From positions 186,001-250,000 of the forward strand of contig AP024665.1 in the NCBI GenBank assembly GCA_024346625.1: a DNA stretch of 64,000 nt. Reading direction: 5' to 3'. The translations under genes and the position numbers were made by a program. Source of the DNA: Williopsis jadinii (Eukaryota). How positions within the stretch are numbered: the first letter of the stretch is position 1; each line of letters starts with the position of its first letter. Below the pieces are notes generated by a model that ran no database searches, had not been told where the DNA came from, and saw nothing but the letters and a program-made list of their open reading frames with translations. Below are positions 55,201 to 64,000 of the stretch, piece after piece.

Positions 55201-57077
55201 CTGGTGCACTATGAGTACAATGCATCTGCGCACAGTGCGCTGTTTGGATTTCAACACAACATGCGTACGCACATGCATCCGAACCGTTAATATAATCTTT
55301 GCACATGCTCTTCCTGGAACGATCATTGCAACGATATAGTTCCTCAATATTACAACTATTCAACAGAGGAGATACATAACTTTTAAGATCCTCATCAGAT
55401 ATCAAACATCTTGGTCTTTCCGAATCAAGTTGATGCACCGAAAAGTCAAAAACAATCCTTGAAGCATATTCCTCGAATCTTTTTTCGACATTCAAAAGCT
55501 CTCCGATAAATCTCATGCTTTCAAACTGTGAGAGTTTCCTCTCCATGGATGATTCTGGTGTAAGAGAGTTTGGATTAACAGGGGGTTCCCAATCACCAAC
55601 ATCAATCTCAGATTTGCAGTACCAGTCAACGCCCCGTTGTATTGAATCTGAGACATGAATATCAATGATAGGTTGTGGGAAGTTATTGTAGCACAACTGA
55701 TATGCCCTTGAATATGCACAACGACATTGCCACGAGTAACTTGAATTAGAACAAACCTCATTGTGCATTTGATACGCCGTTATAACTGTCAGAGTACAAG
55801 TTATTAAGGACAGGATCTCTTCTTGACTAAGTTTGTCAGTTAAGTCTATATCTGAGTCTGTCTGTGGCAATGGAGTGCTTTCTCTGCCTGAAATTTGGCC
55901 CATGTCAAACTGCTCCAAGATACTACTTAACTTGTCATAATCAGATGTGAAATCATCAACAACGTTGGGAAACAACTGTATCACATCTGATCTCTTTCCA
56001 ACGAGAGAGTGTAATACGTCAGCCAAATTATCTGGAAGCCAACTGTCATCGCCCTCGCCAACAATAGCCGTCATATCATAATAATTGAAAAATGTGGCAT
56101 TGTTTGGTTGCGATAAACAGTATTTATTACTGACACGTTTAAGCATGGGAAGAACGGAATCTCTCAAGTAAAATTGTCGTTCTCCAAGTTGTTCAATACA
56201 TCCAATCTCAATCTTGAGACCCAGACAGAAACATTCACAAGAGGAATTGTCTCTTGAGCATTTGGTATGTTTTTCCATTTCGAGTACTGGGGAGATTCGA
56301 CATTCCTCTGGAGAAATAGGGATTTTGTTTGAATCTTGAAAGCTTTCGAATGCACTTCTCATCTGAGATAAGTCAGTATCACAGGGCGAAATAGAATCTT
56401 CCACATTAGCTTCTAGAGCGTCAATCCTTATAAATTTGTCGAAAAGGCTAAAGATCTTGTCAGCGTAGTTCTGACTTGATTGACCCTCGTCAAGAATCTC
56501 AACATTATCTGCACCATGATGATACAGTAAGCTGTCAAGATCAAATATTTTTGAAGTTGTCAAAGGTAACAAGTAACATTTCTCTTCGTTTATGAGGGAA
56601 CCGCCTAGTGAATTCGGAAGCTTTGAAGATTGTTCAGTGGAACATATTGATTGTATGTGACTTTTCACGCGGTTAACTTCTGCTTCATCTGAACAATAAG
56701 GAGCCACACATTTTTCAAGAGTAAATGCATACCACGAGCAAGTACACTTACAATCGTGAATTACCAGAGTGTCTGAAGTGTTTTGTGGAAGGAGTAAACA
56801 TCCTTCACAAACTGTAGGGTCACTTGAGCTCAGAATAAAGCACTCTTCCAGATCAACCTTCTGAAGGAGATAACAGTGCATTGTCAGTGACTTGTACACT
56901 AGTGAAATACATTGTAGAGTATCTTCATACACATGAACTCATATCCATGGCGGGAGTAAGTGTAAGATTCTGTTCACAAAGCCGACCAGGTTCCCCAAAG
57001 GTTTCATCGGCCAGAAGCACATGGCTCACTAGTGTGGAAACCCACCATAGACTACTAACCACCGAATAACGACTCAT
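52256..57077 (-). CDS. Large secreted/cell-surface Cys-rich and Thr-rich protein; complement(join(52256..56860,56931..57077)), 1583 aa
   Basis: Exon 1 supplies a signal peptide (MSRYSVVSSLWWVSTLVSHVLLA). Five Cys modules, KR sites, a Thr/Val-rich stalk and a hydrophobic C-terminus. Confidence 0.8.
56861..56930 (-). other. Spliceosomal intron (70 nt) joining the signal-peptide exon to the large ORF
   Basis: GTATGA donor, CACTGAC branch, CTCCTTCAG acceptor; phase 0 (SSC|KVDLEEC). Confidence 0.8.
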
Positions 57078-57175
57078 TCTAAAGTCATAAGTCTCCATTA
57101 TCTCGGTATTTTGCACAGGGTCGCCTTTGTTGTATGTCTGTGGTTGGAATGAAAGGTATGTTTACCATTGCTTAT

Positions 57176-57209
57176 TTTTGTGACCTTCTTGTACACACGC
57201 CGGCTAAAT
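57176..57209 (-). promoter_or_regulatory. MSE (GTCACAAAA) and near-URS1 (GCCGGCTAAAT on +) upstream of the large Cys-rich gene
   Basis: TTTTGTGAC at 57176-57184 matches gNCRCAAAW. 57199-57209 is one mismatch from GGCGGCTAAAT. Confidence 0.5.
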
Positions 57210-57985
57210 AAGCTGCTTTCACCATTGTCTCAATCGTAGAGCAAGTACAGCTTCCTGAGCCGAGACGATTCTTCGAGCCCATGTGATTTGGTGGAGTGTC
57301 TTCATATCCAAAGCGCTCTGTGTGCTATCTTAAGTGGGTGCAGGACAACTTCCAAGTAAGCTGTATGTAAGAGAGTGTGGACAACTAATGGGTAAAAGCA
57401 TTACCCAGGCCAAATACACTTGAGGAGCTCACTTACGAATATGCTTCTGCAATTGCATTTTTCGCATCACTCAGAGCAGACATAGCACCCAGATGCTCCT
57501 CCAATTCCTTTGTATCGAAAAGTGGCCAGTTCTAACGGTTAATGCACCGTTTCCTGTCGTCACTACGTGATCGCACACATCCGATGTACTGTTTGTAAGC
57601 AGACTTTGGACCTGCGGCAAAACGGACACTATTCCTGACCCATCGATCGGGAACACGTTGGTGTCAGATCCGACTCCGACAGCTGAACTACACACGTAAG
57701 TTCAACACTGTCATAGATATACAAATATGTAGATAAGCAGGCTTTCAAAGGCCTGTGCTACCAAGATTTAGATCATCATCTATTGGGAGCCTATGGGCTC
57801 TCATTCTACCATTGGTCGGAGCACGCACATACTTTTCTTAGAGCCCGCAGGAGACTTTTTGGCTAATTCCCAGGTTCCCCGGGCACCAAAGTCATGTTGT
57901 AACTACCAGCAAGGTCAGCATGCTAAAACAGGAAAAAACCACAAATGGGAAGAGCGGAAAATAAAATCGTCCTATCAGATGTCTG

Positions 57986-58383
57986 TCGTATAGTATTATG
58001 TTTGCGTATCACCGCGTCCCACATTCGCGCGTGGCGTGTTTAGCTTTTATGTCAACAGGCTTGAAAAAACGAAACCAAATCAGCGTAATTTTGGTACCAC
58101 TGCGTAAAAAGTAGCACGACATCAGATCTCAAGTACACTCGAACCACAGTGGAAGAACTGGTCAGAAGATGTGCACTACTTCACCTCAGATCAGGGTATA
58201 TCTACTTTTGTGAGCGATGAGATTACACTACAATCATCTCTCTAACAATATGACGTCCAATTAAGCCTTTACATAGCTACGTAGTTGATTTCTGTAGCGA
58301 GCCCGTCCGCTGGAAAAATAAGAATCCAACGTCCGATTCATCGTTTAAACACATCGCGGACTTTTCCTCGCTTCCTTAAACGA
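57986..58383. promoter_or_regulatory. Upc2/Ecm22-type sterol response elements in the ERG11 promoter
   Basis: TCGTATA at 57986, TCGTTTA at 58341 and TAAACGA at 58377. Confidence 0.65.
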
Positions 58384-58604
58384 GCACAAAACTATGCGAA
58401 AAAGGACCAGCTGAGGAAGCAAAAAAAATTGTAAGATCATTTCACAAAACCAGCACAAACGACGTGTATTTATTCCAGCAAGTTTCTCCATTTTGGTCTA
58501 CCTTCCACTTTGAAGAGATCCCTGTGTCAAAAAAGAGATTCATACTTTGCTCTTGATAGCTCAGCTTTCTCTTTTTCTTCCTTCATTTTGACTTGAGCAA
58601 GTGA

Positions 58605-60236
<1,632 letters not shown>

Positions 60237-60453
60237 TAGCACTATCGATATTTTGTACATTATTTATCAGAGTCCAACCATTGGTTTGATGTCATACAAA
60301 CTTCATTTTCTCATCTTACCAAAAAAAGAAAGCTTATAACATTGAACTATACACTTGGAAATTATATACAGGCGCAAGGACGTCTTGTTACAAGTAATAT
60401 TGGAATTGTAGATCAAGTGATAATCGTATTTGCATTTTATACACTTGTGATGT

Positions 60454-62370
60454 TTATTCAGGCTGAGCTTCTGGTGCCGTGGAAGGAGGTGCAAGAGAGC
60501 TATCCATTTCTTCCTTTACAGCTGAAAGAGATCTAGGTTCGACTTGTTCAAGCTGTTCTGGAACGTGCTCTGTGTGTGTGCTCTCTGAAGCACCCAGTGC
60601 CTGCCTTTTGGCCTCTTCCTCTAAACGTTTCTCTTCCCTCTCCCTCCGTCTTTTCTTCTTTGCTTCAAACTCGTGCCACTCGCCATTCAGCGTTCTTTCA
60701 TCTAGAGGCTCTGGCTGTGGTGCATCTTTGAAGTATCCATGTGCTAGAGCTTGTCTTGCAGTGTATCTCTTTTGTGGGTCATACTCCAGTAGCTTCAATG
60801 CTAGATCAAACGCACCCGGTGACAGGAACTGTGAGAATCTTTGTGCAAACTGTGACTTGGTGAAACTCTTTGGTTTCAAAAGTTCATACCACGGTAGTTC
60901 TGTAACTCTGGGCCATTTATCAAAAGTTGGCGTACCCATGATTTCAAAGATCACATGTAACTGGTGGATTTCATCTTTGCCTTGAAAGATAGCTTGTCTG
61001 GTGAAGAGTTCCACCAATAAGCATCCGATGCCCCACATATCAACTTCACGACCGTAATCAGTGGTTCCTAATAACAACTCTGGTGGTCTATACCACAACG
61101 TGATGACACGGTTTGTATAGTCCTTAGAATTCACAGCAGTCATCTTTCTGGCCAACCCAAAATCGGCAATTTTCAATACTCCTCTTTTATCAATTAACAA
61201 GTTTGAGCCTTTGATATCACGATGTATAACATGCTTTGAATGTAAATATTGCATGCCTTCTAGCAATTGCAGAAAGAAATATTTGCAATTACCATGCGAT
61301 AGCTTGACATCAGGATTAGAGAGCAAACCAGAGAGGTCATGATCTGCGTAGTCAAAGATCATATAGATCTGTTTATTTTCAACCATGATTTCCAGCAGAG
61401 AAACAATGTTACGGTGGTCAAAAGATTGTAGCAATCTCATCTCTCTCATTGCGGTTATTGGGAATCCTTCCCTCTCAGACTCCATTCTTAACCTCTTCAA
61501 GGCGACAAAATGAGATGTCACAATGTTCTTGGCCTTGTAAACTTTACCATATGTTCCTTCTCCCACTTGGACAACTCTTTCATATACGGTATCCTCTCTA
61601 ACTGCTTTTAAGAATGAGACCTTCTTCTGCGGGTTGAAATCTCTCTGTGGTCTTTGGTGGGGATCATGTGCATGCTTATGAATTGGAGGTTTATCGTGTT
61701 GTGGTCTGTATGATCTCCCATCGTTATACGCCTTTGCAGTCGACTGTCTTGGAGGTGGCTGTTTCCGTATGCTAAAATTGAGACGTTTAGGACCTTTCGG
61801 TAGAGGTCCATCCGCCGGTCTTTTCCTCGATGGAGATCTTTGGTTCTGAAAGTCTCTGTTATTATTATTGTTGCTGTTGTTGATAGTGGTGTTTATTGTA
61901 TGGTCACCTTTGTCATGCCTTCCTTGGAGGGGGGTTGGTTTCTGTTGAGACGCGGGACCCTTGGGTAATCCTCTAGGTTCTAGTTCTCTGTTTGGCTCAA
62001 CTTTGGAGAAATAACGATCTCTGGAGTGTTCATGCCCGTTACGACGAAGAGGCTCCCTGTTATCCTGATTTCTTTCCCTGTTGTCATATCTTCTGTCTCC
62101 TCTGAAGCCTCTGCTTCCACCTCGGTGGTCTCTTCGGTCATCTCTTCGATCATCTCTTCTGTCATCTCTTCTGTCATCTCTACGGTCATTTCTCCTATCG
62201 TTTCTTCCATCCCATCTACCGTTGTTCCTATCGTTAGGCCTTCCTTCAGGTGCCCTCTGACGTCTTCTATCATCACTGTCTATGCCTTTCCCGTTGACGC
62301 TATTGGACTTTTGGCGACTATCACGAAGACTCGACTCAGAAGACTGTGGATCATTACCAATTGAAGACAT
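60454..62370 (-). CDS. CTK1: RNA Pol II CTD kinase (CTDK-I catalytic subunit)
   Basis: QVGEGTYGKVYKA, EREGFPITAMRE, HRDIKGSN, DFGLAR and YTNRVITLWYRPPELLLGTTDYG. ATG at 62370. Confidence 0.93.
   Translation of the reverse strand: MSSIGNDPQSSESSLRDSRQKSNSVNGKGIDSDDRRRQRAPEGRPNDRNNGRWDGRNDRRNDRRDDRRDDRRDDRRDDRRDHRGGSRGFRGDRRYDNRERNQDNREPLRRNGHEHSRDRYFSKVEPNRELEPRGLPKGPASQQKPTPLQGRHDKGDHTINTTINNSNNNNNRDFQNQRSPSRKRPADGPLPKGPKRLNFSIRKQPPPRQSTAKAYNDGRSYRPQHDKPPIHKHAHDPHQRPQRDFNPQKKVSFLKAVREDTVYERVVQVGEGTYGKVYKAKNIVTSHFVALKRLRMESEREGFPITAMREMRLLQSFDHRNIVSLLEIMVENKQIYMIFDYADHDLSGLLSNPDVKLSHGNCKYFFLQLLEGMQYLHSKHVIHRDIKGSNLLIDKRGVLKIADFGLARKMTAVNSKDYTNRVITLWYRPPELLLGTTDYGREVDMWGIGCLLVELFTRQAIFQGKDEIHQLHVIFEIMGTPTFDKWPRVTELPWYELLKPKSFTKSQFAQRFSQFLSPGAFDLALKLLEYDPQKRYTARQALAHGYFKDAPQPEPLDERTLNGEWHEFEAKKKRRREREEKRLEEEAKRQALGASESTHTEHVPEQLEQVEPRSLSAVKEEMDSSLAPPSTAPEAQPE
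62129..62200 (-). repeat. 12-bp coding repeat (RRDD)n in the Ctk1 N-terminus
   Basis: RRNDRRDDRRDDRRDDRRDDRRDH; (gtcatctcttct)-like units on the + strand. Confidence 0.85.
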
Positions 62371-63203
62371 TATGAATGCCGGCAATACTAAGCGATGTAA
62401 CGATGTGTCCTACTGCAACAACGACACAGTTCCTTTATATCACGTTCAATGGTACACAACACGCGTTGTTCCTGTATACCTTTTCTTGCCTTGTCTTTTG
62501 TCCTTTTGTCTTTTGTCTCTTTGTCTGCTTTTCCCACGCTTCGAAAACTTTCTCTCCCATGCTCCACCCTACGCGGATTCTGGTGTCTGGATGCACCGCT
62601 TCCTCTCCTATAGAGTTTTTTTCTGTGTCCCGCGATTTTGCCTGTCTTTTGTCCCATCGAGATCTGTCCCAGACAGAGAGACCGCAATACTGCGAGACAA
62701 AGACAAAAATAAATAGCCTACATGTCAGAGAATATTCTATTCTTCAAACTCGGGCCCGTTCCATTGACTCAATTGTTTCCAGATCTCGTGCTCTACAATT
62801 CTTGAAGAAGCCAAACTTTGTAAATCCTTATTTGCATTCCTTTTACCATCTTTCTCCCTGTCCCCTGTCTGCTTGTCCTGTGTCCCGTCCGTGTCTTGTG
62901 GCTGTTTTTGCCTTCTATTTTTGTCCTCTCCTCTACAGTTTGGTCACTTTATCAAGACCTCGTACAAAAAAAAAGAGAGTTTTTCCCTTCTTATACAAAG
63001 AATGCACAGCCAGTGCTCACATCACTCACATAAATTCTCCGTCTAAACTGATCCCATTACAACCAGGAGTCACTTACACACTCTGTACACTATTAAGTGC
63101 ATCCACATTTCTCCAGGTGCCTCAAAGTATTCATTGAAGGAGCTAGTGATAGAAAGAGAGGAGCAGATAATTGACACAGCGTGCAGTTTAGTAAACAGTA
63201 ACA

Positions 63204-64000
63204 ATGTCGCTGTATACACCGGAGTACTCAGAGGAGTTGCTATCTCTAGTGACGGAGCTATACAGCGATGAGATCAAGCCACACTTGAACGAGCTGCGGT
63301 TGTTGAAGATGCTCGATCTTATGGAGATGGCACAGGCTGATTTTGAACAGTACAAGAAGTCGCTGATCGAGAACTCACATATCAAATGCCTAAAGAACTA
63401 CATCGTGGGACTGTTTTTGGTCTTCTTGGTGATCCCACAATCAATACAGTTCCAGATAAAGAACAAGAACTATGAGCTGTTCTTGTCGTTGAAGCAACTA
63501 TACGAAAGGGAGACCCATATGTCCAATGTTAAACTGCAAGTGGTTGATTACATCGCGTACATCAGTGAAAGGAAGCAACAACAGCAACAGCAGGAACACG
63601 AACACGAACAAAGCAAAAAACATCGCCAGGCTTCAACTTCGGGACTTCATGGCAGAACACTTTCAAAGGATCATAGATCCTCTACCATGCCGGCCCCGTT
63701 ATCCACTCTAGATCAAGACTTCAGTAATCTGAGGGTTTCAGAACATAATTCATCGACCACATCCCAATCTGATTCTGCTGCAGTATCCATAAACTCTGGC
63801 TCGACAAACTCTTCGATAGTGGAGGAGGTTTGGTCTCCACCAGAACTGCAACCAAAAGATCAACTCAAACTCGCAGATGGTTATGACGTTTCATTAGATT
63901 CATTGGTCCCTGAACTACCTGCTTATCCACCGCCAACTCCACCAAGGACCCGCAAACATGCATTAAGCTTCCCAATGGATCCAGAAGCACTATTGGAGGA
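63204..64000 (+). CDS. UBP7: Ubiquitin-specific protease Ubp7/Ubp11 (N-terminal part; runs off the window, absent from the ORF track)
   Basis: Frame is open from the ATG at 63204 to the end: MSLYTPEYSEELL...LVIPQSIQFQIKNKNY...LKQLYERETHMSNV, matching the recalled Ubp7/11 N-terminus. The catalytic domain is not in the window. Confidence 0.8.
   Translation, partial: MSLYTPEYSEELLSLVTELYSDEIKPHLNELRLLKMLDLMEMAQADFEQYKKSLIENSHIKCLKNYIVGLFLVFLVIPQSIQFQIKNKNYELFLSLKQLYERETHMSNVKLQVVDYIAYISERKQQQQQQEHEHEQSKKHRQASTSGLHGRTLSKDHRSSTMPAPLSTLDQDFSNLRVSEHNSSTTSQSDSAAVSINSGSTNSSIVEEVWSPPELQPKDQLKLADGYDVSLDSLVPELPAYPPPTPPRTRKHALSFPMDPEALLE

Noticed and set aside
62282..63137. 144-aa and 253-aa ORFs between CTK1 and UBP7
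   Set aside because: Stop-poor by-products of pyrimidine/TGTC low-complexity sequence; the C/F/L/S-rich translations have no motifs.

Overview
Gene-dense 64 kb segment of a budding-yeast (Saccharomycotina) nuclear chromosome. CTG codons fall at conserved Leu positions (Sbh1 LKLYTDE, Srp101 DLRTLS), so the standard code applies. The short introns with relaxed GTTAGT/GTGAGT/GTATGA donors suggest a non-Saccharomycetaceae, non-CUG-Ser lineage such as Phaffomycetaceae (inference). The window holds about 30 protein genes, mostly housekeeping: TPO1-like, PET18, SBH1, AIM10, PIN4, SAS3, PEX13, PSD2, SRP101, YTA7, HER2, JNM1, YIP1, POL31, MSM1, VPS1, OSH6/7, ECM9, ERG11, CTK1 and UBP7/11. It also has an intronless tRNA-Phe(GAA) and a decayed SDR pseudogene; I saw no transposons or CRISPR arrays. 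Four genes need splicing and are missed or mis-started in the ORF track. The most unusual items are: (1) a spliced ~1583-aa secreted protein with five CFEM-like Cys modules, a Kex2-bounded cationic segment and a Thr-rich stalk, under an MSE/URS1-like promoter; (2) a class-3 lipase ending in SKL that appears to lack its catalytic His; (3) a stand-alone SP-RING/SIM protein; (4) gene order matching the centromere-flanking block of S. cerevisiae CEN11/CEN8; and (5) a hairpin-ANANNA-hairpin-ACA element in a long intergenic region. All gene names come from recalled motifs, not from database searches.
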